From: the human T2T-CHM13v2.0 reference genome, Homo sapiens
Length of the DNA stretch: 64,000 bases
Reading direction: 5' to 3' (one strand)
Assembly: GCF_009914755.1 (NCBI RefSeq)
Contig: NC_060932.1
In this document: positions 47,470-62,630 of the stretch, one piece after another
Layout of the letters: each line of letters starts with the position of its first letter
Numbering within the stretch: position 1 is the first letter of the stretch
The notes under the pieces: generated by a model
The model's input: the letters and a program-made list of their open reading frames with translations, nothing else
The model's database searches: none
Told to the model about the DNA's origin: nothing
Position numbers and translations under genes: made by a program

Positions 47470-48130
47470 TGGAGTCGGCCCTCCATATCCCTGGGTTTCC
47501 CTATCTGTGGGTTCAGCATCTGTGGATTCAACCAACCATGGATCAAAAATGTTTGGGTCGGGCGTGGTGGCTCACGCCTGTAATCCCAGCACTTTGGGAG
47601 GCCGAGGCAGGTGGATCACGAGGTCAGGAGATCGAGACCATCCTGGCTAACACAGGGAAACCCCGTCTCTACTGAAAATACGAAAAAATTAGCAGGGTGT
47701 GGTGGCGGGCGCCTGTAGTCCTGGCTACTCCGGAGGCTGAGGCAGGAGAATGGCGTAAATCCGGGAGGCGGAGCTTACATTACAGTGAGCAGAGATTCCG
47801 CTACTGCACTCCAGCCTGGGCGACAGACCGAGACTCCATCTCAAAAAAAAAAAAAAAAAATTTGGAAAATAAAATTTCATCTGTACTAACGTGGACAGAC
47901 TTTTTTTCTTGTTATTATTCCCTAAACAGTACCGTATAACAACTACTCACATAGCATTTACACAGTATTAGGTATTATAAGTAATCTAGAGATGATTTAA
48001 AGTACACAGGAGAATGTGCATAGGTTAAATGCAAATACTAGACCATTTTATATCATACACTTGAACATCCACGGATTTTGGTATCCTTGGGAGGTCCAGT
48101 CCCCTACAGATACCAGGGGGATGACTGTAC
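47470..48130. mobile_element. Tigger4b-like DNA transposon interrupted by AluY
   Basis: gtcggccctccatatc ... ggattcaaccaacc ... taagtaatctagagatgattt ... gatgactgta. Confidence 0.75.
47556..47860 (+). mobile_element. AluY-type SINE
   Basis: CpG-rich; gagatcgagaccatcctggctaacac. Confidence 0.95.
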
Positions 48131-48209
48131 TTAAATACAAAGCACAAAGTTCAAATCTTTATTCTGTCTCTTCCCAGACGTATTAGTGGGCAAGTTACAT
48201 AATCAATAT

Positions 48210-48690
48210 ATTAGTTAGGAATAGGTTCAATGACAGATTTCAGGGGGAAAATAAAAATAAATAGCAGTACCTTAAATGGGATAGAAGATTATTTATCTCT
48301 AGTATAAAAGTTCAGAGATATGCAGTCTAAGACTGGTATGAAGGTCTGGCTGACCAAAGCCCTCAGGGACTTAACTCCTTCCATTCTCAATCTTGTTCTG
48401 GAATGTGGCCTCACTGTCACAGCCCTAAGAAGTTTCCAATTCTAGGCAGCGGGATGAAAGAAGGAATAAAAGGCATATACAAACGGTCTCTTAGAGAAAT
48501 TGTCATAAGCTACTGCCTACTACACTCTAAATCCCACTGGCCAGACTTAGTGATATGGCCACACTTAACTGTAAGGGATAATGGAAAATATCATCTTTAA
48601 GCTAGACAGTCATATAACCAGCTAAAAATACCTATTGGTATTGACGAATGGAAAAAATATTAAGGGACAACTAACGGTTTCAACCACAGT
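48210..48690 (-). mobile_element. Old MLT1-type LTR
   Basis: cactggccagacttagtgatatggccacacttaactgtaaggga. Confidence 0.6.
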
Positions 48691-49269
48691 TTACCTGAAA
48701 ATAGAGACCATATCTACTGCGTGGAATTTACTTGGGAAGGGGTCAGAATTAAATGGGAACATACATATAAAGCACCTTGCATAACGCTGCATGAATGAGA
48801 ATCTCATTCCTTCTTCTCCTCTGTATGCACAAAAATAAGCTTATCCACATTTACCTCTTGTCTACCTTGCATCTTCAGACCTAGATACAATTCATTAACC
48901 TTTCCAAGCAGAAAAATTAATATGCCATAATTTCTTCCTATTTTGACTTGCAGATATCAGCAACCAAACACAAAATACTGCTCACTATCTTTCTCAGCCT
49001 TGCATAACTGTTAACATTGTATATTTCAAAGCTGCCCCAATGGCATAATAGCAATGAAATTCTGGGTTTACACTGTCTCTGGAATGTGAGCTCCACAAGA
49101 CCATGGCCTTGCCTGATTCATTCACAGGAAAGTTATAGAAGAATACCTGGCACATAATTGGGCACATTCAATATTGGTTGAAGGAACTGATACTGGGATT
49201 ATCAAATATATGGGAGAAAATAAGAATTTTCAATATTAAAAAGAAAAGGAGGAAGCCAGCAAGATACAT

Positions 49270-51505
49270 CACTATTGCAAAGCACGTTGGAGCCTTAAAT
49301 GACAATATTGTGGATCAGATGTTTAGAGAAAACTCTCCCAATACAGTACACTGATAAAAGCTGGATACATTCCAAAATGAAAACTTTTAAACACATGAAT
49401 GAGCTACCAAGAAAGTAAAGGTATTCTCTGAAGGCCAGAAAAGATAAGAAAGCTCAAATTGAAAGAAATAACTAGTGTTCAAGCTGGAAATTTATTTTGG
49501 GGGTCTAAGAAGATAAAGCCTGGGGCCTTAACTGGATGTGAGGTTAAATTGAAGATATTCACTTTTTAAAGCAGCGATCCCAAGAGGGTAAACATCCTTT
49601 TCTAAGTGGATGACCTAGGGGGAAAAATACCCCACAGAGGGAGTTAGTAGGATACATTATTATCGCATCTTGGCTCTTGGTGAAGCTAAAAAAGAGAAAG
49701 AAAGAAAAAATTCTACCCTAAGAATTCCTAACCACAAATGTACATTTAAGGGATTTAGAATAAGAACTCAAACCACCTCTATAACGAAAAAGAAACCTCA
49801 AGCCAAAAATGGAATTTAAAGTGTCCCAGGTGGATAAATGCCCCCAGGCACCTAGAAAAACCAAATGAGCATCCTACCTGAAAAATATATATTTTTAAAC
49901 CAGGCCTCAAATAAGTCTCACAGACAAAGCTCACAATCAAAAATCACTGAAGACTACAGGAAAGAAACTGCCATGAGGAAGAGGAGGCAGAAACAACAAA
50001 CCACAGAATCAGAATGGCAAAGACAGTAGATGTTGGAATTACCAAAGATCGACTACAAAATAAGAATGAATAATATTGTTTTTAAAAATATAAATTAAAA
50101 GACTGATAGAGAATCAGGGACTATGGAAGGTGACCAAGCAGATATACTAAGAAACCAAATAGAAATTCTAAAAATGAAAATAAAATAACTGAAATTAGAA
50201 ACTTCATGAAAAGTTTAACAGTAGATTAGACCCAGCTAAAGAGAGAATTAGTGAACTAGAAGAACAGATATACAGATATCTCAGAGTTCTCTTAAAGCCA
50301 GCCCTGAGAGACAAGGATTTGAGTGTAAGTAGTTAATTTGGGAGGGGAAAGAAACACCAGTGAAGAAGTGAGTAAAAGGCACAGAGAAGGCAAAGTAGCC
50401 AATTAAGGTGATACTGAGCTTTTTACCACTGTGGGAAACTGGAGCTTCATCATGCTGGAGGCACTCCAGAAGCCCATCTAGAACACATACCTCAAGGCTG
50501 TCCCACTTGAGCTGCTGTGTTCATTCACCCATCGGTCACTGGTTGAGGGCTGTTCCTGCTAAGCCGTTAATTGCCAGGCACTTCTGACCTTCACAGGAGT
50601 GGCAAAGTGGGCTCTGAAAACCAGAGCAATGAAATTCAGATGTTGGCAGTTAAAAGCTAGGCAGACATACTGATGTGGTAAAGACAGAGGGATACATACA
50701 GACGGACCACTGACTCCATCCGTTATAGTGGTTTTGAAGAAATTACCCAGAACGCAGCATAGGGAGACAAAGAATTGGAAAATATAAAAGAAATATTAAG
50801 ATTCATAGAAGATAGAGAATGTGCATATTATATAATCTTGCAATTCCACCCCAGGTATATTACCTAGAGAAACTCCAACACATGGACACTAGGAAGTATG
50901 TGTAAGACTTTGCATAGCAGCACAGTTCATAAAAACAAGAAATTTTAAAATATGTCTATCAAGTGTAGGATGGATAAATTGGGGTATATTTTTACAATAG
51001 AATTCTACAAAGCAGTAAAAATGAAGAACTGTTCACACACATCAGTAGGAATAAATCCCTCATAGACAGTACTGAACCAAAAAAGCAAGTCACAGAAGAA
51101 TATGTACAGTATAATTTCATTTATATAAAGCTTAAGAACAGGCAAAATAAATAATATATTGTTTAGGACTTAATTAAAATAACAAATTATTATATAGTAT
51201 TTATGCCAGATGCTAGTCTGAACACTGTACATATTTAATTAATTGCACTCATTTAATCCTTATAACAACTCTGTGAGATAAGTACTCTTCTTATTCCCAG
51301 TTTACAGATGAGTGCACTGAAACACGGAGAGGTTAAGTGACTTTCCCACAGTCACACAATTAACATAATATGTGCAGTAAAAATAGAAAGAAATGCAACA
51401 GAAATATTCGCCCAAAGTCATGTTTATGGTTATCTTTGAAGACAGGGATACAACTAGAGGTGCATCAAGGGTTCTGGAAACATCCTCTTCCTTTATGTGT
51501 ATCAT
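49270..51505 (+). mobile_element. Old L1M fragments split by an ERVL LTR (about 50275-50730, minus) and a MIR (about 51180-51370, minus)
   Basis: ORF1-like gagagaattagtgaactagaag; 3' motifs gcaattccaccccaggtatattacctagagaaact; MIR core tttacagatgagtgcactga. Confidence 0.6.
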
Positions 51506-51506
51506 G

Positions 51507-52234
51507 GTGTATTAGTCTGTTCTCACACTGCTATAAGGTAATACCTGAGGGCCAGGTACAGTGGCTCACACCTGTAATCCCAGCACTTTCGGAGGCCAAA
51601 GCAGGCAGATCACTTGAGTCCAGGAATTCAAAACCAGCCTGGCCAACTTAGCAAAACCCCGTCTTTACTAAAAATACAAAAAAAAAAAAAAATAGCTGGC
51701 CATGGTGGCAGGCACCTGTGGTCCCAGCTCCTCAGGAGGCTGAGGCATGAAAATTGCTTGAACCTGGGAGGCAGAGGTTGCAGTGAGCAGAGATTGCACC
51801 ACGGCACCCCAGCCTGCACAACACAGAAAAACTGTCTCAAAGAAAAAAAAAAAAAAGAAAGAAAATACCTGAGACAGAGTAATTTATAAAGAAAAGAGGT
51901 TTAACTGGCTCATGGTTCCACAGGCTGTATAGGAAGCATGGCTGAGGAGGCCTCAGGAAACTTACAGTCATGGTGGAAGGCAAAGGGGAAATAGGTATGG
52001 GGAAATAGGTAAGTGTCACATGGCTGGAGCAGGAGGAAGAGCTGGGGCGTGGGGAGAGGTGCCACACACTTTTAAACAACCAAATCTCATGAGAACTCCC
52101 TCACTATCACGAGAAGAGCAAGGGGCGAAATCTGCCCCCATGATCCAAACATCTCCCACCAGGCCCCTCCTCCAGCATTGGGGATTACAATTCGACATGA
52201 GGTTTGGGCAGAGACACAGATCCACACTATATCA
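51507..52234 (-). mobile_element. MSTA-like MaLR LTR interrupted by an Alu
   Basis: tgtattagtctgttctcacactgctata ... gatccacactatatca. Confidence 0.9.
51549..51862 (+). mobile_element. AluS-type SINE
   Basis: TSD aatacctgag. Confidence 0.94.
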
Positions 52235-52734
52235 CATGGGTACATGAGCGTTATTTTTGTTACTATTCTTTAAGCATATGTGTTATATACTCTTTTTGTG
52301 TATGATACATTTCATAATGACAATTATTAAGAAAGAAATGCATTAGCGTAAGCAAAGATTAAAAGGTGCAAGTGAGCTTATCTCAACTAAAGAGAGTTTA
52401 TTACAAAGTGAAAAATAGTTTATTAGAAAGCTAAACAAGAAAAAGCCATAACAAAAAGGAGAGAAATACTTTGAATTGACAGAAATATTGTTATATACAT
52501 TAAAGAAGAATTCTACTTTACTGTCCAGTTCAATCTAGTATGAAAGGCTTACAATTATAAATAGACAAGCAACAGAAACCTATAATTAAATGAAAGACAG
52601 ACAGAGAGAAAGAGCGAGCGAGAGCAGCATCGGAAAGAGATACACCAAAATGTTTTCTCATGCTGAAATGGCAGGGTTGTGATGGTGATGGCAGGATTGT
52701 GAGTGATTTCCTCCCTTACTTTTTAAAATTACAG

Positions 52735-52950
52735 ACAGACTCTGGAGTTAGACAGACATGACCTTGAATTGAGCATCCATAATTCACTGGTCATGAGACC
52801 TTAGAAAATTTGCTTAATCTCTCTGAGCTTTAAATTCTTCCCATGTAAAAGGAGGATAATAGAGCCCCGGGAATGTGCTGTGAGGTTTTAATGAGATAAT
52901 CTGTATTAGTAGCAGAGCACCTAGCTTGTAATAAGTCAACAAAATTTGTT
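52735..52950 (+). mobile_element. MIR
   Basis: tctggagttagacagac ... ttgcttaatctctctgagcttt. Confidence 0.8.
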
Positions 52951-54379
52951 ATGGTTACTTCTAGTGACCACTGACTCCCTTTATTCACCTTCACCACGTT
53001 TATTTTGGGGCACTTTCTCTGGCTCAGGAATTGAGCCATCATCTTGATAGGAGCCCATACCTCAATCCAGAGTAATAAGACTCCAATGCTAAAACTTTAG
53101 ATGGAGTTATTGAAAAGAGGTGCCCTCTTTTCTCTGACATCACCAGCTCCAAAGATGTAAGTTAGAGCCTATGCAATGAGCATCTTTGGAACCACAAAAG
53201 TAGAAGCTGCATGGAAATAAAATTAACTCAGAGGGAGACGAGAGGAGAAAGAAAGAGAAAGAGAGAGAGACTGAGTCCTGAAGACAACATTGAAGCCCTT
53301 GAACCCAGCCACAACTAAACAGATCCACACATAACTTTTCTGTAAATAAATGTTTTGCATAAATTAATTTATGTTTCTGTCACTAGCAATCCAAAAATCC
53401 TGGCTAATAAATGAGTTAGTGCCTAAAGTGCAGTTAGAGCAATATAAATCAGCTACTATACTATCAATACATCATTCTCTCTTTTTTCCTACACTGTTTA
53501 GTTAGCATGTGTTTTTATTGTTCATTTTCTCATTATTTTTCTACTTTTACCTATGTAGATTATTTCCTTCAAAGTTCTTTTTGAATTATTTCGTGTGTTT
53601 ATTGTCTATGTATGTTTTTTGTGTTCTCTTTGAAATGTTTGCCAATATACTTATTGAATATTTTAATTATCAAATTTAGAACTTCACCTGCAGATAATTG
53701 CAGCCCCAACTGACAGCCTGACTTATCTCATCCTGATAAGTCACTCCCAGATTCCTGACCTTCAGAAACTGAGATAAATGCATGCTTGTTGTTTTAATGC
53801 TGCTAAATTTTAGGGAAGTGTGTTATGTAGCAATAGACAACCAACACAATCTCTTTTCATAAGTTTTACCTCTAACCAATGGTCATTCATTTTCAAGCAG
53901 AAAACTTTCTTTAATTGAAGATTATTTTTCCTTTGTTCCTTTGAACATGTTGTTCTCTTTGTTGTTTTTTCCTTCAGAAACTGTTATTCCCAAAGAATTG
54001 GGATCTCCAAGACCTGTCATCCAACTATTAGCTCATCAGTTTAAGTCTTTTGTTCTTACACTTTTGAAACCCTCCTTAAATTTGTCCTCTACTATATGAA
54101 TTCCCTTTTCCATGGTTTCAAGTTTGCTATTTGCTGCCTGCAACCTGGTATCATTATACTGTTATATTTAGCTTTATTACAGTCTTTTCTTGTCTTGGAT
54201 TTTTCACATTTTTTTTTTTGTAATAGCTGACTCTTGTTTCTCTGAGGAAATGTCCCCTTACATATTTTTGAACAATTGCAGCAGATATTTTTCTAAAATT
54301 GGCCTCTGTTTCTTGTAGTAAATCTATTTCAGGTGCAGGTCATTTTCCTGAATCATCAGGACAAAATAGCATAGTGGTG

Positions 54380-54732
54380 GATATGGTTTGGCTGGGTCCC
54401 CACCGAAATCCAAATCTCATCTTGAATTGTAGCTCTGGTAATTCCCACATGTTGTTGGAGGGACCCAGTAGGAGATAATTGAATTATGGGGCAGTTCCCC
54501 CCATATTGTTCTCCTGTGAATAAGTCTCATGAGATCTCATGGTTTTATAAGGGGTTTCCCCTTTCACTGGCTCTCACTTCTCTCTTGCTTCTGCCATGTA
54601 AGATGTGCCTTCTGCCATGATTGTGAGGCCTCCTCAGCCACGTGAAACTGTGAGTCCATTAAACCTCTTTTTCTTTATACATTACCCAGTCTTGGGTATG
54701 TATTTATCAGCAGCATGAAACAGACTAATACA
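54380..54732 (+). mobile_element. THE1-type MaLR LTR inserted in a MIR (MIR continues to about 54965)
   Basis: gatatggtttggctgggtcccca ... aaacagactaataca. Confidence 0.92.
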
Positions 54733-55221
54733 GTGATTAAGCCTACAGATTAGGAATCATTCTGCCCAGGTTCATATCCCAACCTTGTCACCTATTAGCT
54801 CCGGGACCTTGGAAAAGCTCCTTAAGCTCTGTGTTTCAGTTTCCTATCTGAAAAATTGGGGTAAGAGTAGTACCTGCCTCATAGAGTCACTAAGCTAAAA
54901 CATGTAAAGTGCTTAGAACCACTTCAATACATTTGCGTGTGCTCAAAAATATTAGTCATTATTACCAAGACAATGGCCAACTTGTGCTGCAGAATGTGAT
55001 CATACCACCCTATCCACCTCCCACTAGATTCTTCTCTCTTTACTCATCTTCTCACAGTCCTGGTATAGCAGGAAAATCAAGATGTCGAGTTTCCCTTGGG
55101 CTCAGTAACAGACTGGTGTGAGGCCCTATCCTAAAAATGGTTAAAAGCCAAGGTTGCATCTCTCCCTGGTTAAGACTAAGATTTTTATAAAATAAAATAT
55201 AATTTTTTAAAACTTAATCAA

Positions 55222-55525
55222 TGCCAGAAGCCATAGCCCACACCTGTAATTCCAGCACTTTGGGATGCTGAGGTGGGAGTATTGCTTGAGCTCAGAAATT
55301 CCAAACCAGCCTGAGCAATATATCAAGACACTATCTCTACTAAAAATCAAAAAAATTAGCCCATGCACATGGTGGTGCACGCCTGTAGTCCTAGCTACTT
55401 GGTAGGCTAAGGTAGGAGGATTACTTGAGCCCAGGAGATCAAAGCTGCAGTGAGCTATGATCACACCACTGCACTCTAGCCTGGGCAATAAAGTGAGACC
55501 CTGTCTCAAAAATAAATAAATAAAT
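55222..55525 (+). mobile_element. AluJ-type SINE
   Basis: Alu dimer with (AAAT)n tail. Confidence 0.92.
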
Positions 55526-56244
55526 ATTAGCAAATTACCTGTTTGGCATCAGTGAGTATAGATTGGGGATAGTATTACCATCGCTTACAATTTTCCCAGC
55601 ACAGATAACGGAAGGATGGGTTCCTAGGGGAATGATCCCTTGTGAATTTACATAGTAGAAAAAACACACTCAAACCCAGGTCCCTGCAGCATTGAATGGT
55701 ACTTTTCACCCCAACTCCTTTCTGCCATCCCAAGAACCCCAAAGTCTCATTCCACCATAGCTTCAGACTCAAAGTCTAGGATCTTGTGATCTATATTAGG
55801 TTTGGATGTGACTCTTCTTAATTTGGAGACTTATAAATTATCTACCTCCATATTCCTGAGACACAATGGAGAAATAGTGTAATTGCAATAAGCCTTTCTT
55901 TTTGAAATAGTGAATAATAATTGCAGGCATACAGTCGCCACTGGTCCGAAAAAATTGAAATCACTTAGTCAAATGTTGTTAGGTCTTCCCCATTCTGAGG
56001 GTAGGCGGTGTTACCTGACTTAGTCCTTGTTCTGCTTCCTGGAGTAGCTCCTTATCCACCACTCTCCAAACCTCTTGGCTTTGCCCTCTGCAATGTCCTT
56101 TTTTTTTCTTATCACTTCTGTGGACGCGTCTGAAGAGAACATTAGAAAATATGCACATTTTAGTAGCTTACCAAATTTCACAGCCTGTTTCTTGTCTGTG
56201 GAAAGTTTGGATGAGGTGACCATATTTTGCATGTGGGAAAAATG

Positions 56245-56985
56245 CAAATCACTGTGGCCAAGAAGACAGACTGGTAGATTTCATTCTCACCTCAATTCTT
56301 CATCCCTCCCTGCACACAGACTTTTAGCTATGTGACTTTGCAGTCCAATAGGCCGGGCATGGTGGCTCACACCTGTAATCTCAATATTATGGGAGGCCCA
56401 GGCAGGAAGATTGCTTAAGGCTAGGAATTTGAGACAAGCCTGGGCAACACAGTAAAACCTCTCTACCAAAAAAATTCTTAATTAGCCAGGCATGGTGCTT
56501 GCCTCAAGTCACAGTTATTTAGGAAGCTGAGGTGGGAGGATCACTTGAGCTGAGGAGTTTGAGGCTGCAGTGAGCCATGATAGCACCACTGCATTCCAGT
56601 CTGAGCAACAGAGCAAGACCCTATCTCTAAATAAACAAATAAAAGCATTTCTCCACCCCTTGACTTGGGGCTTGGCCATGTGGTTTGCTTTGGCCAATTG
56701 GATGCTGGTAGGTAAGTTACTGGCAAAGGCTTGCCCCTGCGCAGTGGTGACTCTGCCTTCATCATGAGAAGAACGTGCCTGGGCTAACCCACTGGACCTC
56801 AGAGGAGGATGAGAGACATCTGGAGTAGAGCTGCCCCAGCTGCCTAAGCCTGAAGCAGAGTAGCAGGCCAGCCTACATCAGCTGAGCCCCAGCTGACTCA
56901 CAGGCTCATGAAGGCTAATAAATCATTGTTGTCTTAAGCCACTGTGTTGTGAAGTAATTATGCAAGAATGGCAAACCAATATACT
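56245..56985 (+). mobile_element. MLT1-type LTR interrupted by an AluJ (56351-56644)
   Basis: ggcttggccatgtggtttgctttggccaat ... aataaatcattgttgtcttaagccactg. Confidence 0.8.
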
Positions 56986-57019
56986 TGGAAAAATTTTGCA
57001 GAAAAGCCTTATGTAGCAT

Positions 57020-58140
57020 TTTAAGCTAAACTGTGCCCCCCAAAATTGATGTTGAATCCCTAACCCCCTGAAAAATATTCTCTGTTGACCAAAACTGAGT
57101 CAAGCTTTTAAACTTTCTCCAAGTCCATCTGTGCACTCCATTGTAAAGCCTAGTTTTAGCAAAGAATCCTGCTAAGTCAGTGTATTAGTCCATCCTCACA
57201 CCACTATTAAGAACTGCCTGAGACTGGGTAATTTATAAAGAAAAGGGCTTAATTGACTCACAGTTCCACATGGCTGGGGAGGCCTCAGGAAACTTACAAT
57301 CATGGCAGAAGGCAAAGGGGAAGCAAGGCACTTCCTTCACAAGGCAGCAGGAAGGAAGTGCCAAGCAAAGTGGGAAGAGCCCTTATCAAACCATCAGGTC
57401 TCTGGAGAGCTCACTCACTATCATGAGAAAAACATGAGGGAAACCCACCGCCCCCATGATTCAGTTACCTCCACCTGGTCTCTCCTTTGACATGTGGGGA
57501 TTACGGAGATTATGGGGATTACAATTCAAGATGAGATCTGGGTGGGGACACAAAGCCTAACCATATCAGTCAGTTTAGCAAGAACCCTACCCCCCCATCC
57601 TCAACATCAGATCATTCTTGACATCTGATCAGGTTCCTCATCCCCCAGGTGATGTGTGATCATCCTAGCCTGTCTTCAGCTGGAATCTTGTTAAGTGGGT
57701 TTAGCCACAATCCCCCTTACCTCTGATGTTTCCTCTTAGTAATTTTCCATCCACCAACGCCCATCCTGCTCCTTGACTATAAAGTCCCACATGCTCATGC
57801 TGTATTCAAAGTTGATCCCAATCTCTCTCCTTCACTGCAAGACCCATTGCAGTGGTCTCTATAGCTATCACAATGGTCCTGAATAAAGTCTTCCTTATCA
57901 TGCTTTAACAAATATCACTGAATAATTTCTTTAATTATCATTGAATAATTTCTTCTTTAAATGTGACTGTATTTGGAGACAGGGTCTTTAAGGAGGTAAC
58001 TGAGGTTAAATGAGGTTGGTTATAAGATGGAACCCTAATTCAATAGGACTGTGTCCCTATAAGTAGAGGAAGATATTGCTCTCTCAGCAGGAACAGATGT
58101 GTAAGGGCCATAAGGACACTGCAGAAGGCAGCCAACCTAA
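57020..58140 (+). mobile_element. MLT1B-like LTR split by a MER31-like ERV1 LTR (about 57070-57960)
   Basis: gttgaatccctaaccccc continues as atgtgactgtatttggagacaggg; the inner LTR has ctataaa and aataaa signals. Confidence 0.75.
57181..57568 (-). mobile_element. THE1D-like LTR nested in the MER31-like LTR
   Basis: Full LTR with 5-bp TSD gtcag. Confidence 0.92.
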
Positions 58141-59288
58141 AGACGAGGTCAGCAGTCATAGCAGAAGCATTTGTTGAGTTCATATCATTGATCAGACACC
58201 ATGCTAAGGATTTTACAGATATTAGTCTCTCTTGTCTTAGTGAAAGTCCTCCCCCTCCCTGATATCAACACATCCCTTCCTGCCCTTGAGGCCAGAATGT
58301 GTCACCTCTGTTTCCAGGTGGGTGGTTCTCGGTTGGCCCTGATGTGAACAAGAGATAGGTGTGGGGGGTGGACTGGGAAACGTGCTGTGTGCTTTGTCCC
58401 CTCCTGACCCCACAGTGTCATACTAATGTTAACAGCAGCCTGGAAGAGAGGGGGATAGGAAATGAAATGCTAGAAAGAAAAGGAGTATTAGTATTTTGTG
58501 AGGATGCTGATGGGAGTATGGATGAGATCAATGATAAGGGAAGCCTAACACAGGGTGTCTCACACAGCACATACCCAGTAGACATTTACGTCCAATAAAC
58601 ATTGGTTACATGCATGCATGAATAATTTAAATTTTTTAAAAGTTTTCCAACGTAAGCTGATATTCTCTCCACCTGCTACAGAGTCAGAGTCACTAGCACC
58701 AAAATTTTAGTACTGTAGCACAGAAGTAGTATTTACTGAAGGAATTTTAATTTTTTAAAGCTACTTAAATAGCATATTTTAATATTAAAAATAGCCATAT
58801 AACTTTCCATTATATATTCCTAACTTTATGAATTGGTATTTGTAAATGCTGGTCATAGCTACCTATGTTTAGTATTAAGAGCATCTGCTATGTACTAAGG
58901 TTCAATCAGGCCAACTATTTTTTTTCCCCAGAGAACCTCATTGAATAATTCAAAGATCCTGAGTAGAACAATTACAGGGTTGTTCTCTTAAATCTTGACT
59001 ACAGTGGGGGCTGTCTTAGAGAAGACCACCAGCAGGTGATCACATGTTTCATTGATGGTTCAAGGAAACTTAACGTCCAACGGGGTTGCCACCTATACAA
59101 GCCTTTTCCATGGACTCAGGTCCTGGGATGGTTTTCAGGTGAGCTCCTGGGGAGTCCTAGCTCACCACTGGCCAAATTCATCCTGGGCAGACAGACCTTT
59201 CTCTATTTAACTCAGAGAAATAACCACACTGAGAAATGCTAGGCAAAAATTTACTATATGTAGAAAACTGTTTACTCAAAGGGCTTAA

Positions 59289-59985
<697 letters not shown>

Positions 59986-61025
59986 ACAAGAAAACACCTA
60001 ATAAACTATGATGCAGCCATATAAAATAATTGTAAGCAAATGTTTAAAAGAGTAAGTTTGGTCCATATGCAATGATATGGGAATGTCTCCAAAATATACA
60101 ATTAAACAAAGAAACAGAAAAGACAAGGTGTTGAAGGGTGAATATTGATCCTGTGAGTATTTTTTCAAAGGATAAACATTTACAGTGGTGAACTATTTGA
60201 ATAGTGATGTAATCTTTGTTCTTGATATTTCCTGTTTCTCTGTGACCTTTCTGACACTCCAGCTGCAGTCAGAACATTCTACATGTACTGCCTCAGAGAA
60301 GCACTACGCAGAGAACAAAGATGTCAATTCCTGGCTTTCGAATTTTTAAATAGGCTATTGATTCTGCAGGCATGATAGCTTTGAAAGTTTCAAAAGCTAA
60401 TGTTTTTGAGTTATAAGAAGCTGGCTTTTGAAATCACATCATTTGTGCCACAAGCCATCATGTTGGAAGAATGCATGCTCAGCTGAACCCATTTTTGCTC
60501 ACTCTCAGACTAAACAGAGATTCCATGGACCAGGAAAGGGAAGTGAGTTAACTGCAATTGGGTCCCTAAGAAAGGGCCCTCCCCAACCACGCACCAGGGA
60601 AGGATATGGTAGAAATCCCAGACACACTGGGAGATCTGAGAGCAGAGAAGATACAGCCTCACTACAGGGAGGTGGCAAACATTCCAGAGTTCCTCATGTG
60701 CTGCAGGACATGGCAGCAGAAGAGCAGAGACAACTGAGTGGCGTGGCCCTGAGACATCGCACACTTCCCCTGTGCAACACCCACTCAGGAATGGGGAGAA
60801 TCAAGTGTTTCCTGAGGCACCCAGAAGGGTCCCAGAAGTAACTGAGAAGCCAGATCTCAGAGGCCTTGAAGCCAGAATGAGAAAGTCTGCAACAGCTCTC
60901 TGCACGAACCACTGGCTGGATACTGAATGGGGCAAGAGCCCCAAAATGCTGGGTGGCAGGCGACACCAAGGAGCTCCTGCCTCATCCACTTTGCACCTTG
61001 CACCCTATCACCCTCCATCCACCAA

Positions 61026-61064
61026 CCCTCAGTCACACCCCTCAGTCACCACCCCTCAGTCACA
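61026..61064 (+). repeat. Three tandem copies of ccctcagtcac (13-14 bp period)
   Basis: Read directly. Confidence 0.85.
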
Positions 61065-62282
61065 ACTCCAGGAAAGGGCGGGGGTAAACCCTGAAATGCC
61101 TGTGCTTAAGTTCACATTTCCCAATGGCAGCTTAAAAATAGAAGTAATTTATGTTATAGGAAAAAATACTATTAATAATTCTACTTCCTGCCACCTGAAT
61201 GTATGGCCTGAAGTTTGCCCCTGTTTAGAATCACCTATATGCATATATAGGTATTAGAAATTTCTGAAACTCTAACAATGGTCACTCCTAGACAATGGAA
61301 CTGGAAAACAGAGGATAGAGACTTGCATTTTTCATTGTCTTCTCACTGGATGGTTAGTTTTTTTAACTATACGCAATAACGTAAATAAATACGACTTTGA
61401 CTTGGTGGAGGTATTGGGGAGGGGTACACATTCCTGGAAACTGAGCATTGACTTTATCAGACCCTCAAGGTGGTTGTAACATTTCACTTAGTAAAGATGT
61501 GGCCCTGGAATCGTACCCTGGTAATAATGGGGCTTTCTCTTCTAATCCACTGAAGTCAAAACAAGACTCTCTGCCCAGTTTCTTCTGACCTCCATTTGTT
61601 CTGTTATTAACCAATCATTCCCAGGTTGCAATTGTTTTTATGGTGTTGTTCATCATGTCAAAGGACATCCACAAAGCCACAACTGCTTCCTGAACTTTAC
61701 CCTCTGCTTCCTCCACGATGTCCTTGAATAAACTCCAGACGCCACGGATATTCTCATGTGGCTCTTGGTGGTCCAGCACTATCACTCACACACCTTTGAG
61801 AACTATTATGGGTTAAGACAATTCACCAGAACACAAAATAATTGGCAGGCAGAGTAAACAACATGCATTGCAAAATACTCTCAATTCAGGACAGAATGAT
61901 AAAGCAGTCATTGTTTGAAAATATTTGCAGTGTGGTACATTAATGACCATTGCCCTGAAATAGAAAAATCAATGTATATAGAGAAAAAAGTATAATCTGA
62001 AGAGTTAGCTTTTACTGTCCCAGAGGATATTATGGAAGAATGAAGCTCTGCACTATATTTGGGTCAAAATCTGCATGAGCCACCCATTATTTCAAACAGT
62101 CCTACAGGGAGAAAACTAGATTAGAATTGGTTGCTTTCTGACTAACAAGAGAATAGACACAGTATATCCAATGGAAAGTCAATTAACATAAAGCTAGTGA
62201 ATTCATTTATGAGAGTGGTGGGTTAATTAACGTGAGACTGGGGAGTTCATACACAGCTTAAGTAAGCAAATTCAATTTTCTA

Positions 62283-62630
<348 letters not shown>

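Noticed and set aside
60428-61257. Overlapping 137-aa and 161-aa ORFs
   Set aside because: Non-ATG starts, no recognisable homology and no supporting splice structure.
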